The notes: a model not told the origin generated them from the sequence alone. A DNA stretch of 60,753 nt, filler included, from Bdellovibrionales bacterium RIFOXYD12_FULL_39_22 (GCA_001770205.1; 7 parts of 7 records of this genome joined end to end with filler, not necessarily neighbours in it); one strand, 5' to 3'; counted from the first letter of the whole stretch, positions 19,851 through 30,557 are shown. Translations and numbers: made by a program.

Positions 19851-20161
19851 GCTTTACTCGGGCATTGCTGGTTATAACATACAAGAGAGCACTCCCAATC
19901 CAGTCCAAATACGACTTCAAAAAATATCAAAAGATCTCCGACTTTCGCCAAATACCTAGTTTTTCAACATCGTTGGCACAGTGGCATATTTTTATGCGGG
20001 AACTGTGATTCGGACAGTGGTTTTTAGGGTATAGTTCGTCCAGTCTAATCAAATAATTAGGGCTTTCATTTTCTTTTTTATCAAAAAAATATTTAAAAAT
20101 TCCCCAATTCTTAAATTATCCCTTGATTCTTATATAAACATGCGTGTATAGTCTATGCAAG

Positions 20162-20560
20162 ATGAATCAATTAAGCAATCAGCAAATTTCGACATACCGG
20201 CAAAAACTTAGAGTCCTCCTGGAAAGTCTTGAGAAAAAAGTTTCAAAGGCATTCTATTCTGATGCTCTTTTTCAAGGAACACCGATAGAAGTTTTTAGAA
20301 AATGCGGAAATCAAAACTGCAAGTGTGCGCAGGGGGGAGATCAGCGACATGGGCCATATAAAGTTATTCAAACCAAAATTGATGGAAGGCAAAAGCAAGT
20401 ATCGCTAAAAGGTAGTGAGGAAAAATATTTTAAAATGGCCCAGTATTATCAGTGGCAAATTAGTAATTATCGAGAAGTAAAAATGGTTTTATCACAGATT
20501 GATGAGTTGATGGCCAGTGCTATTGATGCTCGGATAATAAGAGAGAAGCAAAATGATTGA
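20162..20560 (+). CDS. DUF6788-like Cys/His transposon accessory protein
   Basis: RKCGNQNCKCAQG..HGPY motif. Confidence 0.75.
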   Translation: MNQLSNQQISTYRQKLRVLLESLEKKVSKAFYSDALFQGTPIEVFRKCGNQNCKCAQGGDQRHGPYKVIQTKIDGRQKQVSLKGSEEKYFKMAQYYQWQISNYREVKMVLSQIDELMASAIDARIIREKQND

Positions 20561-21863
20561 GGGAGTTGGAAGCGGTGGTTTTATATTTCCACAAGTATTT
20601 TGTCAGTCAAAAGATTATGTCACCAAGAAGCTTCAAGATGGTGCCATCGATCATGCGGATTTTAGTTCGTGGAGTTTTGCAGACAACTTTTTTTCATATT
20701 TGCTTAGTAAGAAATTTATAGAGTTTATCGATGAAACATATCCATCTCCCAGAAAAAAAACAGAAGTGCCAATTTGGTTTTTAATTTGCTGTCAAATATC
20801 GATGCGCTTAGCATTGAAAAATAGCTACAGCTCATTGCCGGCGATATTGCTCAACTCTGGGCCAATTCTTTTGAAAATAGGGTTCAATGTTTCCAGCAAA
20901 GATATTGGGTTTAATAACAAAAACAAAAAAGAGCGCAAAACGTATGTTGATGACAGCACTGTTTTAAAATTTTTCAAGGACAGTGAAGCTAATAATATTC
21001 GCAATTGGTACAACATTGATCTTCAATATTGGTTTCGCCGGGAAAAGTACTTTGATGACAAGGGAATATATGTTTTAGATCAAACTCATTGCGTTGTTCC
21101 TGACAATGAGAATTATAAAGACGCTGTACGAATGCCGGTTGATGAGCATGGCCAGCTCTATAAAAAGCTAGATACTCTAACTCCAGAGCAAAGAAAAGCA
21201 CTCAAATACCACCCATGTTATGCGCTGAGTTTTATAATGCATGCCTCCCACACAAAAGATTATTTCCATATTGCTGGATATAGTTGGGGCGCTGGAAATA
21301 TCGATGAATTGCCACAGGGAAAAAAACTCATTGATGATTTTAACAAGCACTCCAATGGCAAAATGAAGCTTTTAATAGTAGATCGAGGATATTTATCTGG
21401 AGAATTTATCACCTATATTAAAAGTGAATATGGAACGGATGTATTGGTTCCTTTGAAATCAAGTATGGCGCAATATCAAGATGCTATTGAATTATCCAAA
21501 TTTTCCGGCACCACCTGGGAGGAGACTATCGTTGTCGACAATAGTCGAGACGACGAAATTTTTACTAAGTATCGCGCTTGTATCATTGATAAAATCTGTG
21601 TATGGGATCAGTGCAACGTTCCCATACACATGATCGTTATAGATGTTCAAGAGGTCGACAGTAATACCGGCGAAATTAAGTCGTCGCACTATTGGGTATT
21701 GGCCACCACTAAAAAATATCGCTCTGCAATCTCCGCAATGAATAATTATAAATTGAGAGTGTCGATAGAAGAGAGAAATCGGCAGATAAAAAATTTTTGG
21801 CACATCTCTCGTTTTTCATCACCGCAAAAAAATCTGGTTGAATCACAGGTCTGTTTCACCTAA
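20553..21863 (+). CDS. DDE transposase (IS4-superfamily-like), possibly C-terminally shortened
   Basis: VLDQT, IVDRGY and the Y-x2-R-x3-E-x6-K signature (YKLRVSIEERNRQIK). Confidence 0.85.
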   Translation: MIEGVGSGGFIFPQVFCQSKDYVTKKLQDGAIDHADFSSWSFADNFFSYLLSKKFIEFIDETYPSPRKKTEVPIWFLICCQISMRLALKNSYSSLPAILLNSGPILLKIGFNVSSKDIGFNNKNKKERKTYVDDSTVLKFFKDSEANNIRNWYNIDLQYWFRREKYFDDKGIYVLDQTHCVVPDNENYKDAVRMPVDEHGQLYKKLDTLTPEQRKALKYHPCYALSFIMHASHTKDYFHIAGYSWGAGNIDELPQGKKLIDDFNKHSNGKMKLLIVDRGYLSGEFITYIKSEYGTDVLVPLKSSMAQYQDAIELSKFSGTTWEETIVVDNSRDDEIFTKYRACIIDKICVWDQCNVPIHMIVIDVQEVDSNTGEIKSSHYWVLATTKKYRSAISAMNNYKLRVSIEERNRQIKNFWHISRFSSPQKNLVESQVCFT

Positions 21864-22178
21864 TTGTATATGCGGATGATAAATATGCAATAATCCCCCT
21901 CTTGTTCAATAAAAGCGTTCTATATTAACGCCTGCCCCTGTCTGTACTAAAAACCACTGTCCGAATCACAGCAGAGAATCTTTCTCGCACATTGCACAAG
22001 TTTAATTTTTTTTATACAATTTTTTTATCAAAGCTTTGACAAAAAAATTGTTTGATGTTTTGGTATTGCTGTAGACCTCTTCAATGCGATGGGTTGTTAC
22101 TAAAAATATCCGCAGGTACACCTATCTGGACGACTACAAATGAATCAATGGGACAGGCAACCACCGAGAGTATGTAAT

Positions 22179-23102
22179 GTGAAAAAATTGTTTCTGTCAC
22201 TAACACTTGCGGCCTGCTCGGCAGTTGGATTTCTAGTTGGCCAATATGCGAGTTCCCGTTCTGGCCAGAAATTGAAAGAGACAAATAGGGAGTATGATCA
22301 AAGACAAAAAGTGCTCGATCGCGTCAGTACGGCACTTAAACAGGAATGGGATGGCAGTTCCAAAGCTCTTGAAAAGTATCTGGATGATTATCCAGAACAA
22401 CTGCGAAGCGATATCTATGCTCTGTATTGGAAAATTGGCACAACCACCGAAATCGATGTGCATCGCCGTACAGTTTTTGTGGATCACATGCTGTCCCGGT
22501 GTGCTATTGAGACACCTCTGTTGCGTAACAAACTTTTGAAGTGGTTGCAAGATTTTCACCGTAACGATTTTTCTAAAGCGTCTCGGCAATTACTCAATTC
22601 TCTGCCATGGACCATTGATTTTTTGCCAGAGGTGATTCGCCTTATTGGAATAGTGGAATTACACGAAGCATTACCTAGGCTTCGCAAGTTGGTGGAAAAC
22701 AATCAACTAGGTGACCGCCCCCCTCTTGGCTATCACAACAACAACACCTGGGCCGCACTGATGGCCTTGGCCCGAATGGGTGATGATATTAGTCTTACCG
22801 AGATGCTTCATAAAATTCAACAGGAACAAGATATCATTGTTAAGGTTACTTTTCTGCTTATGGATTTGGCCTATACACGACGGCCGGAGGCCTATAACGT
22901 TCTCAGGCAATATTTAAACAGTTATCAAAGGCTACCACAAGTAAAAGAAACAGTTCCAGGTCGACTTGCGGCAGCCTATGTTGCGGCCGCGTTTTCGAAA
23001 TATTTAACAGGATTTCCAATTATTGAGACAGATTTTTCTGAATTGCAGGTTGCTCAAGCTCGCGACTGGGCAAATGCACAGACGCAGTGGAGATTCAAGT
23101 AG
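22179..23102 (+). CDS. Membrane-anchored helical-repeat (HEAT-like) hypothetical protein
   Basis: Hydrophobic N-terminus and AALMALARMGD-type helices. Confidence 0.65.
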   Translation: MKKLFLSLTLAACSAVGFLVGQYASSRSGQKLKETNREYDQRQKVLDRVSTALKQEWDGSSKALEKYLDDYPEQLRSDIYALYWKIGTTTEIDVHRRTVFVDHMLSRCAIETPLLRNKLLKWLQDFHRNDFSKASRQLLNSLPWTIDFLPEVIRLIGIVELHEALPRLRKLVENNQLGDRPPLGYHNNNTWAALMALARMGDDISLTEMLHKIQQEQDIIVKVTFLLMDLAYTRRPEAYNVLRQYLNSYQRLPQVKETVPGRLAAAYVAAAFSKYLTGFPIIETDFSELQVAQARDWANAQTQWRFK

Positions 23103-23551
23103 AACGGCCAACGGCCCGCAAGGAGAAAATGTGTTAAAAATTGTACAGACTTCATGCAAGGCCATATGCTTTTTACTGATGAACTTATTTCATCAACTTT
23201 CTTTTGCAACTGAATGGGGAAAAAACATGAACAGCTCACTAATATCATCTATCGATTTATATCTTTCGGAGCTGTATTGCTTAAGGGTGATTATCCCCAC
23301 CCAATGGCCTATGGGTCTCTCTGTCTACGCTTACCAATCTTCGTTACCTAAATTGGCCAAGACTCGATACATGGCCTCCATTACGAGCTACCATGGCCGG
23401 ACTTGGTGGTCTTGTGTAAGATCACCGCACCAGCAGATCGGTATAAGTTGCGCCTAGCGCACATATGAATCGACACTAGCACTAATATATCCATAAATAT
23501 AGCCATAAACACCCATATTTCTTGATTATATGGCTATTTATGGATATATTT

Positions 23552-24604
23552 ATGAATATGGAACTTTATAAGAAACCAATAGTAATTAGTCCAAAGATCC
23601 TTAAACTCATAGCAGAAATTGATGAGTTTAAAGGTAGCTGGTCGTCTTTGGGCCAGCTTGCACCAGATAGACTGACGTCACTAAAAAAAATTGCAACGAT
23701 TGAATCTATTGCCTCTTCGACTCGAATTGAAGGTGTGAAATTAAGTGATTCAGAAGTTAAAGCACTTCTTTCTGGCCTTGATATCAACTCTTTTAAAAGT
23801 AGAGATGAAGAAGAAGTTGCTGGTTATGCTGAAGTTATGAATCTTATTTTTGAAAGTTACCGTGAAATGACCCTCGCTGAAAATACAATCAAGCAGCTTC
23901 ACCAGGTTCTTCTAAAATTTTCAAGCAAAGACGTTCGCCATAGAGGAGATTATAAGAAATTAAATAATCATGTGGAGGCCTTTGATTCATCTGGCAAGAG
24001 CCTTGGTGTTGTTTTTCAGACGGCGACACCTTTTGAAACACCACTTAAGATGGAGAGGCTTTGTCAGTGGCTAAATAAGGCCATTCTTGAAACTGATGAG
24101 CACCCACTTTTAGTTATCTCAAAATTCATCATAGATTTTCTTGCGGTCCATCCATTTCAAGATGGGAATGGCAGGCTTTCAAGAGCGCTCACCACGCTTC
24201 TCCTTCTTAAATCAAACTACGATTATGTTTCTTACTCATCAATGGAGCGAGTAATTGAAGAGAATAAAGATAAATACTATCTTTCATTAAGAGGAGCACA
24301 GACTGAATCAGGTGACTCGAGCGTTTTGCTTGTAAAATGGATTGAGTTCTTTCTTGATTGCTTAGTGACACAAAAAAATGTGCTTTCACGTAAATTAGAA
24401 AAAGAAAAAACTCTTCTCTCTCTTCCTAAATTATCCGAGCAAATAATGATAGCGCTCAAGGATCACGGCAAACTTTCTATCGCAGAGATTGTAAAAATCA
24501 CTCAGGCCAATCGAAATACAGTAAAGGTGCATTTATCTAAACTTGTATTTGAAAAGCAAATTCAAAAAGAGGGTGTTGGTAAAGGAACTGTTTATTATCT
24601 CTGA
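23552..24604 (+). CDS. fic: Fic family protein with C-terminal wHTH
   Basis: Canonical HPFQDGNGRLSR and inhibitory SSTRIEG motifs. Confidence 0.92.
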   Translation: MNMELYKKPIVISPKILKLIAEIDEFKGSWSSLGQLAPDRLTSLKKIATIESIASSTRIEGVKLSDSEVKALLSGLDINSFKSRDEEEVAGYAEVMNLIFESYREMTLAENTIKQLHQVLLKFSSKDVRHRGDYKKLNNHVEAFDSSGKSLGVVFQTATPFETPLKMERLCQWLNKAILETDEHPLLVISKFIIDFLAVHPFQDGNGRLSRALTTLLLLKSNYDYVSYSSMERVIEENKDKYYLSLRGAQTESGDSSVLLVKWIEFFLDCLVTQKNVLSRKLEKEKTLLSLPKLSEQIMIALKDHGKLSIAEIVKITQANRNTVKVHLSKLVFEKQIQKEGVGKGTVYYL

Positions 24605-24833
24605 GCTGTCGGTTTGATTCAGAAGGTCTTGCTTGTCGCCAGTTACAATATAATTGGCATTACCACAGACGGCAGCTCGAGTATTCGATTATCGAAATCT
24701 TTTCTTTTTATTACTGTTGTTGGCGGCCAATTAAAATCTTGGCGAGTTAGCTATTCACGAACTGCTGCATATTAGATTATGGCCACTTTAGTAGGAAAAT
24801 AATGCAAACATCACCGTTTCACGGAATAAATTC

Positions 24834-24860
24834 TAAAGAATTATACCGAGCATCCGAGAA
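24834..24860 (+). promoter_or_regulatory. Putative sigma28 promoter
   Basis: TAAA-N15-TCCGAGAA upstream of the 24916/24973 start. Confidence 0.4.
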
Positions 24861-24972
24861 TAATGGTTAGCTGAGTAATAAAAATAGTCAAGTTGTACAG
24901 TTGAAGGCAGCATAGATGGGGTTAAAATTTCAACTAAAAAAAAGGCTTGCCCGGCCCCGACATGTAGTTATC

Positions 24973-26400
24973 ATGCGCAGGGCCCTGATCTCATACGCAA
25001 TTGTAGTTTTGGTATTGCAAACGATCACGATTTTCCCCATCCTTGGGGAAGCTGCTGAACTCAGTCGCAATGGAGCTATTGGCACCTACGCGGAGGCATT
25101 GATTGAAGGGTTGGAACAAGAATCCGTACAACCCATAATCCCGCCAAAGGAACGCGCAGTGTCTCGCATTCTCATGGCCGTTGGAGAAAAGACACTTTTC
25201 AATGCACCATACTTCGGCCTTCTAAACTTCCATCAAAGCGGTACAACCCGAGGCTCAAGCGGGTCGGACTCCCGTAAACGCCGGGCCTTTGTCGAAGAGA
25301 GCATTCTTCGTAATAATAGTGGAGGGAGCTTGCTCTATCCGAAATATGCCTACTACGATCAGGCCGGAGATTTTCAAATCAACTTTATGGAGCACTACGG
25401 TTCGATTCTCTTTGAGCCGCGCGACCATGTTTATCGGCGCTCAACCTACACCCTTGGAGACTCAGCTGACGATTTTCGAAGGCCAGTCCCCCTGGGCAGA
25501 CGAGCATCTATAAATCACCTCCCGGGAAAAATCGCCTACGTCGAAGCGCAGATGTGGGGAGGACTTTGGCTATCCGATATAGAGAAAATATATATACCCG
25601 AAGAAGTTTTTAAGGCAAATCAGTCGCGTCTGATTCAAATGTCCAAAAAATTCGGTTTCGGTATAACTCTCATTCGCTGGAAGGAGAAGCCACGGCGCAT
25701 TGAGATGGGCCGTGTAGTTCGCGCACCTTCAGAAGGGGTGCATCCAAAAATAGAAAGCGTCAGTGCCATCAAGCAACATCTGGCCCACCTTGACGACGCT
25801 AAACACTGGGAAAGCGTGCTTAGCTCAACGTCCCTGGATCTTCCGAAAGAGACTCAGGCCGAAATTGCAAGACAGTTCCCCCACGTTAAGGATGAGCTTC
25901 TAAAGGCCCAACAAGCTCACGCGGAACTTCTCCGCCATTCCATCATGGATCGCAATACGCCTGTTATCGCTCGAGTGGAAGCTCTCCGGCAGTGGACAAC
26001 GATTGGATCATCTATCGACCAGGCATTGCTTGTACCTGTGATGGAGCTGGCACATGACAAGAAAGCTATTCGTTACGCTAAAAAAATAGGATTCGAGATT
26101 GCCGATTTTCAAGGCCTCAGCAAAGCGACAGGGCGACTTTCGGGAAAAACGTCCATTAAGGAACTCATTTTGAAAGGCCAGATGGGCTACCCTCTGAAAT
26201 CTGATGAGGTGACGAGACTGAAAAAATATTATTATAAGACGCCAGACCAGGAAATTCTTGCCGTACTTTCCAAGATTGAACCTCTGTTCATATATGATGA
26301 AAAAATCCTTCTGACGCTCCCCCATGATTCTTCCCTCGTTAGAATACTCATGCAATCATTGACCGAAAATCCGATTGACTCCATCACTCTTGCAACGTAA
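24973..26400 (+). CDS. Signal-peptide-bearing protein with DUF3626-like domain; C-terminus cut by IS
   Basis: PKYAY, HYGSILF, STYTLGDS and YVEAQMWG motifs; the stop codon is supplied by the IS end (GTAA). Confidence 0.55.
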   Translation: MRRALISYAIVVLVLQTITIFPILGEAAELSRNGAIGTYAEALIEGLEQESVQPIIPPKERAVSRILMAVGEKTLFNAPYFGLLNFHQSGTTRGSSGSDSRKRRAFVEESILRNNSGGSLLYPKYAYYDQAGDFQINFMEHYGSILFEPRDHVYRRSTYTLGDSADDFRRPVPLGRRASINHLPGKIAYVEAQMWGGLWLSDIEKIYIPEEVFKANQSRLIQMSKKFGFGITLIRWKEKPRRIEMGRVVRAPSEGVHPKIESVSAIKQHLAHLDDAKHWESVLSSTSLDLPKETQAEIARQFPHVKDELLKAQQAHAELLRHSIMDRNTPVIARVEALRQWTTIGSSIDQALLVPVMELAHDKKAIRYAKKIGFEIADFQGLSKATGRLSGKTSIKELILKGQMGYPLKSDEVTRLKKYYYKTPDQEILAVLSKIEPLFIYDEKILLTLPHDSSLVRILMQSLTENPIDSITLAT

Positions 26401-26459
26401 GGCTTTCACAGATAATATTTTAAGTTAAAAAAAATAAAAAAAATGCATTTTATGACGCA
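26397..26459 (+). mobile_element. IS terminal sequence (IS66-like GTAAG end)
   Basis: Identical to the reverse complement of 9-71. Confidence 0.7.
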
Positions 26460-26756
26460 NNNNNNNNNNNNNNNNNNNNNNNNNNNNNNNNNNNNNNNNN
26501 NNNTTAATTAATTAANNNNNNNNNNNNNNNNNNNNNNNNNNNNNNNNNNNNNNNNNNNNTGAGCTGGCCCTTTTCATAGCAACTGAAGAGCTGGATCAGG
26601 CAAAGAAAAATATCGGGAATTAAGCGAAGAACTCGGTACTCTCAAGTGGCTTAAATTAATGTTTTAACACCAGTAATTTGAGTAGGTTGGCCTATGGTTT
26701 TTCAAAATCCTATCTTTTTTACAAAATTTAAACAAAAAAGAAAACGGCGCTCAGCG

Positions 26757-26836
26757 TTGTGGTAAATAGACTGTAATTTATTAACCGTCCTTTGAACTCA
26801 AGTGAAGAATAAACACAACAGTTTTGGGACAATATC
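26757..26836 (+). promoter_or_regulatory. Conserved structured leader, copy C
   Basis: Ungapped 55-nt match (26782-26836) to copies A and B, plus an upstream hairpin. Confidence 0.75.
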
Positions 26837-26871
26837 AAATCAACAGTGTTCCACTCAAAACAGGAGAAGTT

Positions 26872-27285
26872 ATGAAAAAATTATTAGTAGTTATCAGCGC
26901 TCTAGTGCTTTCGGCAAATTCATTTTCATCACAATCAGAAACATATGTCGGTGAAAATTTTATTTCATCAGATAACATACAAAAATGTAGTATAAAAATT
27001 TTAAACTCTTCAAATAAGTCGATTCTTGTGGAAGTGAATGGCTTAACTGATACCGCTCGATCAATAAACCTTCTCAAAGAACAAGATAATCTTTTTTTTG
27101 GTCGTGAAACATTCGAAGATGATACTTATTACATTGGTGGCTCAATAAATAAATTTAAAAAAGCTGTTCATCAAGTTAGCTTAGAGCTTGATAACAATGG
27201 GACCCCCATTGAATTCACTTATGAGCGTAATATTTTTGGTGGTGGATCCTTTATAGATTGCAAGTCGTTGGAGCTAGCGAAATAA
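26872..27285 (+). CDS. Small secreted hypothetical protein
   Basis: AGGAG RBS and signal peptide MKKLLVVISALVLSANSFS. Confidence 0.85.
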   Translation: MKKLLVVISALVLSANSFSSQSETYVGENFISSDNIQKCSIKILNSSNKSILVEVNGLTDTARSINLLKEQDNLFFGRETFEDDTYYIGGSINKFKKAVHQVSLELDNNGTPIEFTYERNIFGGGSFIDCKSLELAK

Positions 27286-27357
27286 TCACACGGGGCTTCT
27301 TGCACCCCAAACACTAGATAACTGAGCTTAGTCTCAACATAAAAATTCAGAATTAAT

Positions 27358-27390
27358 GAGAGCGGAGCAAATGCCCCGCTCTTTTTTTTT
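27358..27390 (+). terminator. Intrinsic terminator
   Basis: GAGAGCGGAGCA-aa-TGCCCCGCTC followed by a T9 run. Confidence 0.8.
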
Positions 27391-27433
27391 GAATTAAAAT
27401 ACACTCAATTGTGAACACCCGGAGTAATTTTTT

Positions 27434-29391
27434 TTAGAAACGAACTATTTCTAAGGGTTCCATCTGAGCTGGAATTGCTTGGCGCGTAGATGGCATATCT
27501 GCTTCTTTCGGTATGGCGTACGCGCCGTAGTCCCAAAGGCCACCGGAGAGGGCACCCCGAAAACCAGCATTGCTCCAGTTAAAATAATAGTCTCCATGAA
27601 ATTTTACTGAACTTGCACCCCAAGTCATTGTAGTCTCTGGCGGTGAAATGGAGGCTGCTGGTACTGGCAACGCTAAAGGTAATAAAATTTTTCCTTGAGT
27701 TAAAAAATCACTACTCAGTGAAAATTCTAAATCATCAAATAGTAGTCCATTAAAATCGCTGTTAGTTGGAACAACTGCCGAAGTAATCCCGGTACATATT
27801 GAACCATCACAAGATGTTTGATCCGAATTCCAATTTAAAACATCCCCTACCATACCTTGAATCCCGTAGCGAGAAACACAGGTCGATGTTGTCACTCCGC
27901 CTGTTATTAAACTTCGAATATTAGATCCACCACTAAGTGTTCCTGGTAGCGTCTCTTTGACAGTGGGCATAGCATTGTTATCATATGCAAGCCCATGCTA
28001 CCGCTATCTGTATTACAGTCGGTGGCAGCAATGCCATCTTCAATTGAGCTAATCTCTGCATCGGATAATTGCTCATCCCATGCGGCTGCAACTACCCACT
28101 CTTTACGAGAAAGAAGTCTTTTGTTTCCTGCAAACCCAGATTCGCTCATTGATGCGCAGGTGGAGTTACTGTCTTCCTGATCGATAACTACAAGCGGAGG
28201 AAGTCCGGGTTTATTAGATGCCATCAATGCTCTTTGCGCTGAAGTTATTGTGCTGGTGGCATCGGTTATCCAGCTATTACCAGTTCCCGATGAATTGTTA
28301 ATAAAGCATCTTCCGTTTGCCCTGCTGTAGTAAACGGAATTTTCTGCAGCGGCCACAACTCCACTTGGGGTCGCAATTGTTCCCAAACAATAGCTACCAG
28401 CACATGCAGTTTCAGAATAGTTGCATCCAAGCTTAAATGCATCAACCAGAAGTGGGCCACCCATGTCAAAGTATGTTCCATCACCGCCAGGTCCTGCGTG
28501 AGGGCATCGATAGTAATTGTCGCGGTCTATTTGCGCCATTTTTCCCATCAGCATGCACATCTCTCGATTTGCTATCCAGCGATGCACTAATGCCATATTG
28601 GGAGGCGCTACAATCACTTTTATCTCTTGATCAGAGTAGATATCATCAGGAACGGCAACAATTCCATTAACCACTGGTGCTACTCGGTAGTAGTAGGTTG
28701 TTCCTGAGGTAACGGTAGAGTCGGTGTAGGTTGTAGTCGCGGGGTCAACTCCTTCCGCGTATGGCGTTGTTGATTTGGTAACAACAATGTTGGGTGATGT
28801 ATCGCGATAGACATTATAAGTTCCAACTAATCCAGACACCACATCCATAGCACTAAATTTAAGCTCAACATAAGCGGGGACTGCTGCTGCACCTGTGAGT
28901 GCAATAGCGGATTTTGTTCCTAGTGCTTTTACATTCGTCCAGCCATAGAAGGTGGAGATGTTATCAATAGTCAGAGTGGCAGAGGAGGAATTGGAGATTA
29001 ACCCGTTTGCTGTAACAGTATAGTTAAAACTGGCAGATCCTGCGTAGTCAAGAGTGCCAGTAATACCAACCGTACAAACGCCACTTCCATTGCAAAAACA
29101 AGCGGTGCTCTCTGTTATGTTGGTAAGATTTGAAACAGCGCAAGCGGTCGCTAAATGTGATTCAGTGTCAGTATATGAGAGTGTAATTGTTTGTGGTGAA
29201 TTGGCATCAAAGCTTCCTGGTGTTATCGTTGAGGTAACTGGTGCGCTGTCGTTTGGAGCTGGTGTCGCAGCTGCTATTTTTTTAGCAACAATTCTGTGAT
29301 AAACAACGCCACCTTTTCCGCATCCAGCAAATGAAAATAGTATCAGATTTACTAGTAAAAATAAAAAAATTGGTGCCGTTGTTTTTATCAT
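27434..29391 (-). pseudogene. Surface lipoprotein (Ig/cadherin-like + FN3-like + FGE-sulfatase/C-lectin-like domain), frameshifted
   Basis: Lipobox FAGC; YNVYR..YTDSTV..TYYYRV; RLLSRKEW; CVSRYGIQGMVGDVLNW. The reading frame shifts near 27995. Confidence 0.7.
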
Positions 29392-29591
29392 AACGCTATT
29401 ACTTGTTTGCACAACCACTATCCTAATATTGAAGTAGTATAAATAAAACTTGAGTAAACTATTCTTCTCTTGCTGACTATTTAATTCTACGTCTGGCTTA
29501 GTGGACTTGTTTTTTCTGGCGTACCGGTGAATGGGAACGCTGGGCAATTAATAGATCTTGCGCGGAAACAACATTCATTGCCGGCCACAGC

Positions 29592-29897
29592 TCAGGATAC
29601 TCTTAGTTCCTTAGATGGTTTAATAATATTTAATAAGCTTAAAAGTTTATCGATGGTGAAGACCTCAATGCGATATTTTATAATTTTATTTACCCTTGCT
29701 TTATCAATACCCAATTCGTCAGCAAGCTCGACCTGAGAAATTTTATTGGAAAGAATGTAATCCACAAATTCACGGCATAGGTCATATTTTATCTTGTCTA
29801 CAGAGGATGCATTCTTCCGATCAAGCACAAAAGTTGGTTCGACATTTTCTAGTTTTTTTAAAACTTTTTGAATCTCCTTATTGCTTGGGAATGTCAT
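29592..29897 (-). CDS. XRE-HTH antitoxin-like protein
   Basis: ISQVELADELGIDKARVNKII..FTIDKL. Confidence 0.8.
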   Translation of the reverse strand: MTFPSNKEIQKVLKKLENVEPTFVLDRKNASSVDKIKYDLCREFVDYILSNKISQVELADELGIDKARVNKIIKYRIEVFTIDKLLSLLNIIKPSKELRVS

Positions 29898-30193
29898 AAT
29901 AACCTCCTATCTCTAAACGCAGTAATAATACCTACGTAAAACCTATGATCTTCCAATAACCAGACCATTTTATAAAGCTTATCGCCGTGAGCAATTTCAG
30001 AAACAAAATATTGAAAACCTCCGTCATTTTTCTCTGCTATGTGCTCTGTATGAACCAACTCAGCGACAAGCTCAATAATTAAATCGTCAGAAATATGGTC
30101 TGAGTGTTTATCGACGTGCGGATCAATTACAATTTCTTCAATCTCTCTTTTGTTGATAATGATCGCATTAATTTTATAAACTCTTCTTTCCAT
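29894..30193 (-). CDS. Putative toxin of a TA pair (RelE/BrnT-like topology)
   Basis: Small gene overlapping the HTH gene; C-terminal YKMVWLLE..VGIITAFR. Confidence 0.6.
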   Translation of the reverse strand: MERRVYKINAIIINKREIEEIVIDPHVDKHSDHISDDLIIELVAELVHTEHIAEKNDGGFQYFVSEIAHGDKLYKMVWLLEDHRFYVGIITAFRDRRLL

Positions 30194-30508
30194 CAAGGTA
30201 GATTATAGACGAAGTAGACAAATTTGTCAACTTCGTTTTCGGCGGTTACAACTAATGAATCTTACGCTAAAACGCGAATTTTTTTGAGCAAGATTCTTTC
30301 TATCCATTCTCCGTTAGCTTGGTTGTGTTCGAATCTCATTTTTCTCCGCCACAGGTGGTAAGATTCCAAGATGTTATACCTGCACAATTTTTTTACAGAG
30401 CATGTAATTGTGAACATGAAAATTTTTTTTCAGCCATTTGGCCTTTATTTGCATGCTACACTCATTAACGTAGACGGTTTATGAGTGTGCTTCGAATATC
30501 AATTAATT

Positions 30509-30532
30509 GATATTGTCCCAGAACTGATGTGC
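30509..30532 (-). repeat. Partial copy D of the conserved leader
   Basis: 24-nt exact inverted match to 31055-31078. Confidence 0.8.
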
Positions 30533-30557
30533 GAGTCCTAACTAATCCCACAGAAAC

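Larger units (their letters stand above)
20003..21971 (+). mobile_element. Two-gene insertion element with perfect 25-bp TIRs
   Basis: CTGTGATTCGGACAGTGGTTTTTAG at 20003-20027 and its exact reverse complement at 21947-21971. Confidence 0.9.

Noticed and set aside
23023..23457. 144-aa ORF between the HEAT-like gene and fic
   Set aside because: Overlaps the upstream gene and has no RBS or recognisable composition; probably non-coding or decayed.
27434..27620. Possible DGR variable region in the FGE-like gene
   Set aside because: No template repeat differing at adenines and no reverse transcriptase in the window.
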